In this document: in pieces, positions 9,348 through 17,835 of the stretch
Numbering within the stretch: position 1 is the first letter of the stretch
How the letters are laid out: each line of letters starts with the position of its first letter
From: Nanobdellota archaeon
Lineage (GTDB): Archaea > Nanobdellota > Nanobdellia > Pacearchaeales > GW2011-AR1
Assembly: GCA_017610405.1 (NCBI GenBank)
Contig: JAFCCD010000001.1
Location: 1 to 45,891 of the forward strand
Direction of reading: 5' to 3'
Length of the DNA: 45,891 nucleotides
Notes under the pieces: model-generated
The model's database searches: none
Told to the model about the DNA's origin: nothing
What the model saw: the letters and a program-made list of their open reading frames with translations, nothing else
Position numbers and translations under genes: made by a program

Positions 9348-11642
9348 TTAGTTATTTTTTTGAGGTAAATAACTAGGTGTTCTATCTATGTTATCTTCTT
9401 TTGTTACTATTCTTCTTACTTCTGAACCATCTGAATTCATAACATGAAGTTGATTATATCCTACTACTCTATCAGAAATAAACACTATTCTCTTTCCATC
9501 AGGAGACCAAGAAGGCTGAGCATCAAGTGCAGGATCATCTGTTAATCTTTTTTCATTTGTCCCATCCAAATTAATAATATATATTTCTCTGTTTCCATCT
9601 CTATTTGAAGTAAACGCTATTTTGCTTCCGTCTGGAGACCATGAAGGTTCAATATCTAAATAATCATTATTAACTAATTTCTTTAGTCCACTTCCATCAT
9701 TATACACAACATATATATCATAATCACTTCCTGTTTCTGTTCCATCAAAAGCAATTAGCTGTCCATCTGGTGACCATCTTGGTGTTTCAGTATTTAATAT
9801 TTTTGAAGGGAGATTTAATCTTTGTGGATTTAAGCCATTACTATCCATAATATATATGTTTCTATCTCCGCCACCTATTCTATCAGAGGAAAATCCGATT
9901 TTGCTTCCGTCTGGAGACCAGTCTGGATTAATATCCTCATAAAAATTATTTGTTAGTCTAGTGGTATTTCCTGTATTTAGCTCCATAATATATATTTCAG
10001 GTTCAGTATTTGCATCTGGTTTTGAAACAAATACTATTTTATTTCCATCAGGAGATGCTCGTGGTTCAAAATTTGAAAAAAGGTGATATTGCAAGTTTGT
10101 TATTTTTTGCATATTAGAGCCATCCTCATTTATGGTATAAATTTGGGGAAGATCATAAATAGAGTATTCTGGCCCAGAAACAAACAATATCTCTCCACTT
10201 GCATTTAGGTTTATCTTTCCCTCTTTGAGAGTTTTTTTAAAATCAATTACCCTTTTATAACAACTTAAAAGTGTATGACTAAATATTTTAGCCTTTACAC
10301 CTAAAATAGCTTCTAATCCCCCATATAATTTCCAATCTTCTTCTGAAGCTACCAATTGACTATATATATTTGCTTCTGCATAAGGTCCTGCTACCCCATA
10401 TAAAGAAATATCTAATTTTGGGCCTATATATGCTTTATAATTAAAATTTGCTTTTGTTGGTTCTGAAAAATTAAAATCAAAATTATTTATGAAAGTGCTT
10501 AATTCATTCCATTGATTATTTTTATATATTATTTGTGGCATTAAATTTGTTTCATTAGTTAATCTAATTTTTGGTGAATCTAATTCCCCTCTAACACCTG
10601 CGTATAAACTTAGTTCTGGAACAATTATAATTGGAAAAGAAGGCGGAATATATGCTATAATTGGATTAAAAACATATTTTGCAATTTTTACTTCGTGGGA
10701 CAAAAAATTAAGAGAAGATATCATATCTAATTCTATCTCTGCATTTGCATCTATAATATTTCTAAAATCTAATTTATTAATTTGTCCTTTAGATATGTCA
10801 AAATCCAAAGAAAAATCTAGATTAAATCCAAAGTTTCCATTAAGAGTTATCCTATCCATTGTAGTTTCAGGTCTTCCATCCTTATCGTAAATAACCACAT
10901 CTTTAATTTCTATATTAAAATTAAATCCTTTAGATACTTCCATCTCTGAAATTCCCATCTTTCCTGAAAAAGAAAGAGAATCTGAAGGATAAATAGATCT
11001 TTGAAAAAAGAAAGAAGTGTCTTCTGTTATTTGTTCAATAGTTGCTGGTGTAGTGTTCACGGTTTTTTTATCAGAAGATAAATCTGTCACTTCCCTGAGA
11101 AAACCTTGTGGAGTAATATCACTAATTCCAGCAACAAGTATGTCTTGTGATAAAAAATCTACAGGATTAGAAAAAACAAGACTGTTATTCTGAACAGAAG
11201 ATAATTGATTTAAATTTTGTTCTGTTAACACACGAGTATTATGGAGATTTTTAACAGTTAATGTATAGGGCTGTTCTGTATAATCTTTTCCATCTGAAAC
11301 TTTTACCTTCACAGAGAAATTTTTATCTTCTAATACGTCTGGAGCTGTTCCAGAAATAATCGTATCAGAAATTGATAACCAATTTGGTTTTTCAATTAAA
11401 CTATAAGTTAGTTTATCTCCATCATCATCTTTAGCATTAACTTGATAACTATAATCTTTATTTTCATCCACTTGTGTTATTGGATTAGAGATAATTGTAG
11501 GAGGATTATTTTTTTGTGGTGGTTCACTTAACTTTGAAGGGTCATCACATGTAGAAAAAAATAAAAAAGAAGATGCTAACATTGCCAAAAATGTATTTTT
11601 TACTTTTTTCTTACTTTTTTGGAATAAGTGTTCTAAACCCAT
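9348..11642 (-). CDS. Large secreted or lipoprotein-like protein: cadherin/Ig-like domain, beta-rich middle region and TolB-like (PD40) beta-propeller
   Basis: Hydrophobic leader ending in Cys (LFFSTC); NNPPTI...DDDGDKLTYSL...WLSI..ISGTAP; five (W/A)SPDG repeats at the C-terminus. Confidence 0.85.
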   Translation of the reverse strand: MGLEHLFQKSKKKVKNTFLAMLASSFLFFSTCDDPSKLSEPPQKNNPPTIISNPITQVDENKDYSYQVNAKDDDGDKLTYSLIEKPNWLSISDTIISGTAPDVLEDKNFSVKVKVSDGKDYTEQPYTLTVKNLHNTRVLTEQNLNQLSSVQNNSLVFSNPVDFLSQDILVAGISDITPQGFLREVTDLSSDKKTVNTTPATIEQITEDTSFFFQRSIYPSDSLSFSGKMGISEMEVSKGFNFNIEIKDVVIYDKDGRPETTMDRITLNGNFGFNLDFSLDFDISKGQINKLDFRNIIDANAEIELDMISSLNFLSHEVKIAKYVFNPIIAYIPPSFPIIIVPELSLYAGVRGELDSPKIRLTNETNLMPQIIYKNNQWNELSTFINNFDFNFSEPTKANFNYKAYIGPKLDISLYGVAGPYAEANIYSQLVASEEDWKLYGGLEAILGVKAKIFSHTLLSCYKRVIDFKKTLKEGKINLNASGEILFVSGPEYSIYDLPQIYTINEDGSNMQKITNLQYHLFSNFEPRASPDGNKIVFVSKPDANTEPEIYIMELNTGNTTRLTNNFYEDINPDWSPDGSKIGFSSDRIGGGDRNIYIMDSNGLNPQRLNLPSKILNTETPRWSPDGQLIAFDGTETGSDYDIYVVYNDGSGLKKLVNNDYLDIEPSWSPDGSKIAFTSNRDGNREIYIINLDGTNEKRLTDDPALDAQPSWSPDGKRIVFISDRVVGYNQLHVMNSDGSEVRRIVTKEDNIDRTPSYLPQKNN

Positions 11643-11713
11643 AGACTTTATCTTAGTAAAGAAATATATTTAAAGATTTATATAAAAATTTTTAAACAAA
11701 TATACGACAATTT

Positions 11714-11890
11714 CTAAGCAAAGATTTGCATTATTATTGCAATAAGAAATCCAACAACCCCTAATGCTAAAATTCCTACAGCAGAAACCTTAGCAACCAT
11801 TTCATATTCTTTTCTTGTTGGTTTTTTTAGTATAAGCCAGACTCTTTTTGATTTTGCGACAAAACCCTTAATTTTATCAAATTTTCCCAT
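11714..11890 (-). CDS. secE: Protein translocase SecE/Sec61-gamma; not in the ORF track
   Basis: MGKFDKIKGFVAKSKRVWLILKKPTRKEYEMVAKVSAVGILALGVVGFLIAIIMQIFA; KP..EY plus TM helix; directly after ftsZ. Confidence 0.95.
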   Translation of the reverse strand: MGKFDKIKGFVAKSKRVWLILKKPTRKEYEMVAKVSAVGILALGVVGFLIAIIMQIFA

Positions 11891-11920
11891 ACTTTAAATA
11901 GAAAAATTAGGTTTTTAAAA

Positions 11921-13003
11921 TTATTCAAAAAATTCAATTCCAAGTTCTTCTTCTATTTCCTGATGCTTTATGCTTTCAAGAGTTTCTCCATGCCCAAGAA
12001 TCTGAGAACTTTTTACCCCTGTCACGATAAGCAAAACCCTTATCGATTTATCCATATCTGCAGATATTTGCGCTCCCCATATTAATTTTGCATCTGGACT
12101 TAACTTATTTCCAATTGTCTCTATAATTGATTTACATTCATCAAGACTCATATCTTGACCTCCAACTATATTGACTAAAGCACCAGTAGCATTTGATATA
12201 TCTACATCTAAAAGAGGATTATTTATTGCCTTTTCAACAGCCTCGATTGCCCGATTATTACTATCTGATTCACCCATCCCTATCAAAGAAACACCCCCAT
12301 CAGCCATTACTGTTTTTATATCTGCAAAATCAAGATTAACAAGTCCAGAAGTAGTTGCTAATTCTGTAATTCCTTTGACTGCATTAGTTAAAATTTCATC
12401 AGCAATTTTAAATGCGGTGTATAACGGAAGTTCTGGAGCAAGTTCAAGAAGTTTATCATTTGGAATAACAATCAAAGTATCTATAACAGATTCTAATCTT
12501 TCCAAACCATTCATTGCATTTTCTATTCTTTTTTTACCCTCTATTGTAAAAGGTAAAGTAACAACTCCTATTGTTAATGCTCCTTGTTTTTTTGCTACCT
12601 TAGCCACAACAGGAGCACCCCCTGTTCCTGTTCCACCTCCAAGTCCACAGGTAATGAAAATCATATCACTTCCAGAAAGTTTTTTCTTTATTTCTGATTC
12701 AGATTCTTTTGCTGCTTCTTCCCCTACTCGTGGATTGCTTCCTGCCCCAAGCCCCTGAGTTAATTCTTTCCCCACAAGAATTTTATGATCAGCATTACTA
12801 TACAAAAGATCTTGGGCATCTGTATTTATTGCAATAAGTTCTCCTCCTTTTATTCCTATTTCTTTCATCCTGCTTAGAGAATTTCCACCACCACCACCAA
12901 TACCCACAACTTTAATCTTAGTTGTTTGATGTTTTAGAATTTCTGCAAGCTCGTGATCAATCTCTTTTATTTCTGAAGGAACATCATTGTAAACATCTTC
13001 CAT
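11921..13003 (-). CDS. ftsZ: Cell division protein FtsZ
   Basis: GGGGGN, GGGTGTGG tubulin signature, NLDFAD. Confidence 0.98.
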   Translation of the reverse strand: MEDVYNDVPSEIKEIDHELAEILKHQTTKIKVVGIGGGGGNSLSRMKEIGIKGGELIAINTDAQDLLYSNADHKILVGKELTQGLGAGSNPRVGEEAAKESESEIKKKLSGSDMIFITCGLGGGTGTGGAPVVAKVAKKQGALTIGVVTLPFTIEGKKRIENAMNGLERLESVIDTLIVIPNDKLLELAPELPLYTAFKIADEILTNAVKGITELATTSGLVNLDFADIKTVMADGGVSLIGMGESDSNNRAIEAVEKAINNPLLDVDISNATGALVNIVGGQDMSLDECKSIIETIGNKLSPDAKLIWGAQISADMDKSIRVLLIVTGVKSSQILGHGETLESIKHQEIEEELGIEFFE

Positions 13004-13057
13004 GTTTTAGAAGAACCCATATATATTTATAAGGATTATTGTGATTTTTTAGGGGTT

Positions 13058-13738
13058 TTAAGCTGATTTTTTCTCTTCTTTTACTTCAATCTTCTTATTT
13101 TTAGATTCTTTGACTTCCAAATCCATTCTAAGAATATCTTTAAATTTGTCTTTGAACATTTCAACAAATTTTACAAGAGACTTATCAGCCTCTATAATTA
13201 ACTTTTTATCTTTTACTTCAAATTTAAATTCTCTTCTAAAGAAAAATTCATTTAATGCTTTAATTTTTTCATTGAGATCTGTAACTTTTCTTAGAATTTT
13301 TATTTTGTAAACAACTATTTTTCCTGCGAGAAAATTATTAAAATCAACCATTACTCTTCCCCCTGAAACAGTAAGTATTTTTCCTATTTTTCCATCAAAA
13401 TTAAAAATAGCTCCCTGAACTGGATTTACTTCTTTTTCTCTAAAAATCCTTATAGGAATTCTTTGAATTAATGAAGGAATTCTCTTTCCAAAGGCTTTTT
13501 CTGGCTCTAGTTCAATTTCATAATCCTTTCCTATTTCTTTTTCAATAAGAAAATCATCTAAAGAATTAAGAAACATTTCTTGACCTATACAAAAAATAAA
13601 TGGTTTTGCCCTTAAAGGTTGATCATGTCCTAAATTTAATTTTTCAAGTTCTTCTTTTAAAGTTGAGTCAAAAACTTCTCCGCCTTTTACTTTTCCTGTA
13701 AATTCTATTTCAATAAAGTCTTTTTTTTGGAGTTTCAT
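13058..13738 (-). CDS. FKBP-type peptidyl-prolyl isomerase (long archaeal SlyD-like type)
   Basis: DFIEIEFTG..GEVFDST, PEKAFGKR, GGRVMVDFN..LAGK. Confidence 0.9.
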   Translation of the reverse strand: MKLQKKDFIEIEFTGKVKGGEVFDSTLKEELEKLNLGHDQPLRAKPFIFCIGQEMFLNSLDDFLIEKEIGKDYEIELEPEKAFGKRIPSLIQRIPIRIFREKEVNPVQGAIFNFDGKIGKILTVSGGRVMVDFNNFLAGKIVVYKIKILRKVTDLNEKIKALNEFFFRREFKFEVKDKKLIIEADKSLVKFVEMFKDKFKDILRMDLEVKESKNKKIEVKEEKKSA

Positions 13739-13833
13739 TCAAAAATAATTGTTAATAAGTTTTTAAAAGTTATTGATATTATTCATCCAAAAATAACTAA
13801 ACCTTTTTAAGTATATTTTTATTCTTCTTATTG

Positions 13834-14220
13834 ATGGTTTCAAAAATAATTAATGCAACAGAGGCGAGAAGCGGGACCAATATTCTCTTAGAAGGTGAGT
13901 CTTACACTATAAAAAAAATTGATATAAGCAAAACAGGGAAACATGGGCATGCAAAGGCAAGAATAGAAGCCACAGGAATAATAAATAATCAAAAAAAAGT
14001 ATTTGTAGTTCCAGGACATGACAGATTTGAAGTTCCTATGATAGATAAGAGAAAAGGTCAGGTTCTTTCAATTGCAGATAAAATAAACATTATGGATCTT
14101 GAAAATTTTGAAACAATAGAAATTGATTGTCCTGAAGAAATAAAATCAGAACTTGAAGAAAATTCAAATGTAGAATATTGGGATATAGAAGGAAAAAAAA
14201 TAATAAAGAGGAAATTATAA
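13834..14220 (+). CDS. eif5a: Translation factor aIF5A
   Basis: Hypusine motif SKTGKHGHAK. Confidence 0.97.
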   Translation: MVSKIINATEARSGTNILLEGESYTIKKIDISKTGKHGHAKARIEATGIINNQKKVFVVPGHDRFEVPMIDKRKGQVLSIADKINIMDLENFETIEIDCPEEIKSELEENSNVEYWDIEGKKIIKRKL

Positions 14221-14221
14221 A

Positions 14222-14389
14222 ATGGCGAAAATACCTGAAGCACAAAATAGACTTTTCAAAAATGTCTTTATCTGCAAAAAATGTCACACAAAAATTAGAT
14301 CAGACCCACAAAAGATTTTAAAGGGAAAGATTAAGTGCAGAAAGTGTGGTAAAAAAGCATTTCGTCCATTTAGAAAAAAGCAGGTATAA
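14222..14389 (+). CDS. rpl40e: 50S ribosomal protein L40e; not in the ORF track
   Basis: MAKIPEAQNRLFKNVFICKKCHTKIR...KCRKCGKKAFRP. Confidence 0.88.
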   Translation: MAKIPEAQNRLFKNVFICKKCHTKIRSDPQKILKGKIKCRKCGKKAFRPFRKKQV

Positions 14390-15813
14390 TGGGTTTTTTA
14401 ATTTATGATTTAGCATTTTTAGCATTTTTCCTGATAGTTTTTTCAATTCTCCTCTATAAAAGAAGAAAGAATCTTAAAAAAGAAGGTCTTCTTTATCTTT
14501 ATAAAACCAGTTGGGGGATAAAACTTATTAATTATGTAGGGAATAAATATAAAAGAACTTTGAAATTTTTAAGTTATGTCTCAGTAACTTTGGGATATTT
14601 ACTTATGATTGGGGTCCTTTATCTAATAGGTACAATTGTGAAAATTTATCTTTTTAGCCCAAATATTGTACGGGCTATTAAAGTTCCACCAATAATGCCT
14701 TTATTTCCTTATCTCCCTCAAGTTTTTAAGTTAGAATTTTTACCTCCATTTTATTTTACGTATTGGATAATTATTATTGCTATCATAGCAACGACTCATG
14801 AAATGTTCCATGGAATTTTTGCTGCATATAATAAGATAAAAATAAAAACAACAGGATTTGGATTTTTTCCTTTCTTCCTTCCTATATTTTTAGCTGCCTT
14901 TGTAGAGCTTGATGAAAAAACTATGGCAAAAAAGAAGAAATTTCCTCAACTTGCAATTCTCAGTGCAGGAACATTTGCAAATATTTTAACTGCGATTTTA
15001 TTCATGGCAATTCTCTTGCTTTTTTTCTCTTTAGCTTTTACTCCGTCTGGTATTGTTTTTGATACTTATTCCATCTCTGGCATTGCTATTGCAGGAATCT
15101 CTACAATAAATAATATATCGTTGAATGATACTTCTTACAATTCTGTTTTAAGTATGATGAATGAAGAAGGACTAAATGAAATAAATGTGGGAGGTAATAT
15201 CTATCTTTCCACGAAAAAAATGATGGAAAATCAAGAGGATGAAGAAATAATTAGTGTTTATGATTCTGCACCTGCTATTAAAGCTAATTTAAGTAGCATT
15301 ATCACTAAAATTAATGGAATAGAAATAAATAGTATTAATGGATTAGTTGATGAATTAGCTAAATATGATATAGGGGAAGAAATAACAGTAGAAACACTAA
15401 TAGAAGAAGGAATTGAAGAAAAAACTTTGATTCTTGAAGAACATCCTGAAAATCCCGGAGCTGTATGGCTAGGAATAGGATTTATATCTGGGCAACAAAC
15501 AGGAATTTTTGGAAGAATGATGAATACGCTCTCGTTTAAGGAATCTAATGTTTATTATAAGCCAAAACTCAAAGAAATGAGTATATTTATCTATAATTTG
15601 TTGTGGTGGTTAGTTATAATAAGTATAAGCGTTGCATTAATTAATATGCTTCCGGTTGGAATATTTGACGGAGGAAGATTTTTCTATTTGACAATTCTCG
15701 CAATAACAAAAAAAGAAAAGACTGCTGCAAAACTTTTCCAGTTATCAACAAAATTCTTTATATTTTTACTAATGGTTCTTCTAATTTTTTGGGGAATTAG
15801 TTTTTTTAGGTGA
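14389..15813 (+). CDS. Site-2 protease (M50 family) with a PDZ-like domain
   Basis: HEMFH, AFVE, SAGTFAN, NMLPVGIFDGG. Confidence 0.93.
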   Translation: MGFLIYDLAFLAFFLIVFSILLYKRRKNLKKEGLLYLYKTSWGIKLINYVGNKYKRTLKFLSYVSVTLGYLLMIGVLYLIGTIVKIYLFSPNIVRAIKVPPIMPLFPYLPQVFKLEFLPPFYFTYWIIIIAIIATTHEMFHGIFAAYNKIKIKTTGFGFFPFFLPIFLAAFVELDEKTMAKKKKFPQLAILSAGTFANILTAILFMAILLLFFSLAFTPSGIVFDTYSISGIAIAGISTINNISLNDTSYNSVLSMMNEEGLNEINVGGNIYLSTKKMMENQEDEEIISVYDSAPAIKANLSSIITKINGIEINSINGLVDELAKYDIGEEITVETLIEEGIEEKTLILEEHPENPGAVWLGIGFISGQQTGIFGRMMNTLSFKESNVYYKPKLKEMSIFIYNLLWWLVIISISVALINMLPVGIFDGGRFFYLTILAITKKEKTAAKLFQLSTKFFIFLLMVLLIFWGISFFR

Positions 15814-15919
15814 TTATGAAATTTTTATTTATTTCTAAAAATATTTTTTGTCTGAGATTAAATGTGTTTGCCCATTTTGTATAAGCACTCCAGCCTTGAA
15901 AAACTTCAACTATTTTTTC
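15806..15919 (-). pseudogene. Probable C-terminal remnant (37 aa) of a DGR-type reverse transcriptase
   Basis: EKIVEVFQGWSAYTKWANTFNLRQKIFLEINK resembles the GWxxYxxxANTxxLR thumb-end motif of DGR RTs. It has no start of its own and begins right after the target gene hairpin. Confidence 0.65.
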
Positions 15920-16643
15920 GACGCAGTGCCTTGGCACTATTTTCCAACACCCCAAAAGAGTACCTGTCGCCATAGCCCTCCGAGACGTAAGCATAAACAT
16001 CCAGCCTGTCATCGAAGCTGCCCGAACCCAAGTCAGCAACTCTTGTTTTTGGTGAATTAACATTTTCCAAAGTCCAAAAATAAGGTTTTAATTTATAATA
16101 TTCAGAAACTTTTGCAAGTTTCTCTGTATTTTCTTTTCCTCCAACTAATGCAATAATTCCTAGATTTTGAGATAATTCTAAAGGTGTTTGATGTTCTATT
16201 TTAAAGCTATAAGGGACAAATCTTGTTTTTTTATCCTCGCTGAATATAACTTCTTTTTCTTGATTTTTTCCAAGCTTTTTTTCAAGTGTTTTTTGAGAAA
16301 GAAGAATTATTTTTCCATCTTTCATTTTTGGATTATCTTGAACAAACATGGCTTTTGGGAAATAATGAATTGCTGTGTTTCCAGTTATCCAAGAATTTTT
16401 AAGAGTTTTTATTACATTTTTAGCTGTTTCATAGTCTTTATTTTCTAAAGAAGCATAAATCAAAGGAATAAGTTCTGGCATTGTAGGCATTCTAAATCCT
16501 TTTCCATAATCTGCATTTCTTAGTCCGTTAAAATTTGTAGGACCAACTTCTTGAGCATTAAAGATAAGTTTTTCATCAGGAAGTCTCATTTCAGTTACAC
16601 ATTTAACTTCTTCAAATCTTGGTTTTTGAATTGCTTTTTCCAT
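15906..16643 (-). CDS. Putative DGR target protein (C-type-lectin-fold-like, variable C-terminus)
   Basis: GFRMPTMPEL resembles the GxRLPTxxE motif of CLec-fold proteins; C-terminal RVADLGS...YSFGV is encoded by a compositionally distinct segment; TATA box at 16665-16672. Confidence 0.75.
   Translation of the reverse strand: MEKAIQKPRFEEVKCVTEMRLPDEKLIFNAQEVGPTNFNGLRNADYGKGFRMPTMPELIPLIYASLENKDYETAKNVIKTLKNSWITGNTAIHYFPKAMFVQDNPKMKDGKIILLSQKTLEKKLGKNQEKEVIFSEDKKTRFVPYSFKIEHQTPLELSQNLGIIALVGGKENTEKLAKVSEYYKLKPYFWTLENVNSPKTRVADLGSGSFDDRLDVYAYVSEGYGDRYSFGVLENSAKALRRKNS
15925..15938 (-). promoter_or_regulatory. Short hairpin 3' of the variable region (candidate DGR cis element)
   Basis: AGTGCC-AA-GGCACT, about 10 nt after the FGV codons. 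Confidence 0.6.
15948..16043 (-). other. Candidate DGR variable region (VR)
   Basis: 96 nt; hand count 52 G+C (54%) and 15 A; 11 of 32 codons end in C; no AAN codons, unlike the A-rich gene body. Confidence 0.7.
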
Positions 16644-16708
16644 GTAAAATTTACAAATATATTGTTTATAAATCTTTTTACTTTGTTATCTCTGTAAAAA
16701 GGTAACAA

Positions 16709-17059
16709 TCACAAATCAATAACCCCTTCTTTGGTTAGTGCTGCAAATCTTATACCAACAGGAAGATTTATTAGAGCAGAAATAAGCGCCATGTGTTCTT
16801 TTCCGTCGCCAGAAGCAATACTTAGGGCAACTTCTGTTCCACTAATCTTTTTTTTGAGTTTATTTGCTATTTCTTCCCTCAAGTCTTTTAACTTTTTATC
16901 TAAATCAACTTGAATAAATTCAAAGGGTTTTTCATGTATAAATTTTTTTGCAAAATCTCCCCCTATGAGAATTGTTTTATCCCATTCACCATATTTCATC
17001 AAACCAGAAATCTGTGCCCAACTCCCTTTTCCAGACGATAAAAGTGCTATCAATTCCAT
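16709..17059 (-). CDS. Small Rossmann-like protein, possibly a stand-alone CARF domain
   Basis: LIALLSSGKGSW (first strand and loop) and EVALSIASGDGKEHMALISAL; start set from the TATA at 17081-17088. Confidence 0.6.
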   Translation of the reverse strand: MELIALLSSGKGSWAQISGLMKYGEWDKTILIGGDFAKKFIHEKPFEFIQVDLDKKLKDLREEIANKLKKKISGTEVALSIASGDGKEHMALISALINLPVGIRFAALTKEGVIDL

Positions 17060-17080
17060 ATTAAAAAATATCAAAATCTA

Positions 17081-17112
17081 TTTATAAAAATTGTTGTGAT
17101 AAACTTTATAAA
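17081..17112. promoter_or_regulatory. Divergent TATA boxes for the CARF-like gene (-) and the rpl1 operon (+)
   Basis: TTTATAAA at 17081-17088 and at 17105-17112. Confidence 0.6.
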
Positions 17113-17205
17113 CTCCTTCTTTTTGGGTAAGATTGTCGTACTACATCATTAAGGGATATTTTTCTATACCTTTGATGCATAGGTAGAAGATATTTTAGAA
17201 AGAAA

Positions 17206-17835
17206 ATGGAATTAAATCAAGAACTAAAGAAAGCTCTAACTGAATTAAGGAAGGAAAAAGAAAGAAAATTCGACCAGACAGTAGACCTTATCATAAACCT
17301 GCAAAAATTTGATCTTAAAAAGAGTCAAGTAAATCTTTTTATTGGTGTTCCATTTAAAATTAAAGACAAAAAAATCTGTGGTTTTTTTGAAGTAAAAAAT
17401 AAAAATATTGAAACAATAACTCCTGAGCAATTCAAAAAATACTCTGATAAAAAAAGTTTGAAAAAACTTGTGAAAAATTTTGACTTTTTTATTGCACAAG
17501 CAAACTTAATGCCAAAAGTTGCTACAACATTTGGAAAGGTTTTAGGTCCTGCAGGAAAAATGCCTTCTCCTCAAATAGGAATTCTTAATAATATAAATGA
17601 AAAAGGAATCGATGAGCTTAGAAAAAAAATAAACAACAGTATGAAAATAAGAATAAAAGAAAGTAGTGTAAAAGTTGCTGCAGGAAAACAGAGTATGAAA
17701 GATAAGGAAATTATTGAAAATATAACAGCAATTTATAATTCTGTATTAAAGTCTCTTCCAAAAAACAAAGATAATATAAAAAATATAGAGCTAAAATTTA
17801 CAATGACTAAACCATATAAAATATTAATAAAATGA
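17206..17835 (+). CDS. rpl1: 50S ribosomal protein L1 (uL1)
   Basis: RKFDQTVDLIINL, FGKVLGPAGKMPSP. Confidence 0.95.
   Translation: MELNQELKKALTELRKEKERKFDQTVDLIINLQKFDLKKSQVNLFIGVPFKIKDKKICGFFEVKNKNIETITPEQFKKYSDKKSLKKLVKNFDFFIAQANLMPKVATTFGKVLGPAGKMPSPQIGILNNINEKGIDELRKKINNSMKIRIKESSVKVAAGKQSMKDKEIIENITAIYNSVLKSLPKNKDNIKNIELKFTMTKPYKILIK

Noticed and set aside
12171..12758. 195-aa ORF antisense to ftsZ
   Set aside because: Shadow ORF of a conserved gene.
15806..16063. 85-aa minus-strand ORF taken as a complete gene
   Set aside because: Its first 48 codons are an alternative frame of the target gene's 3' end; only the last 37 codons look protein-like, and they are reported as the RT remnant.
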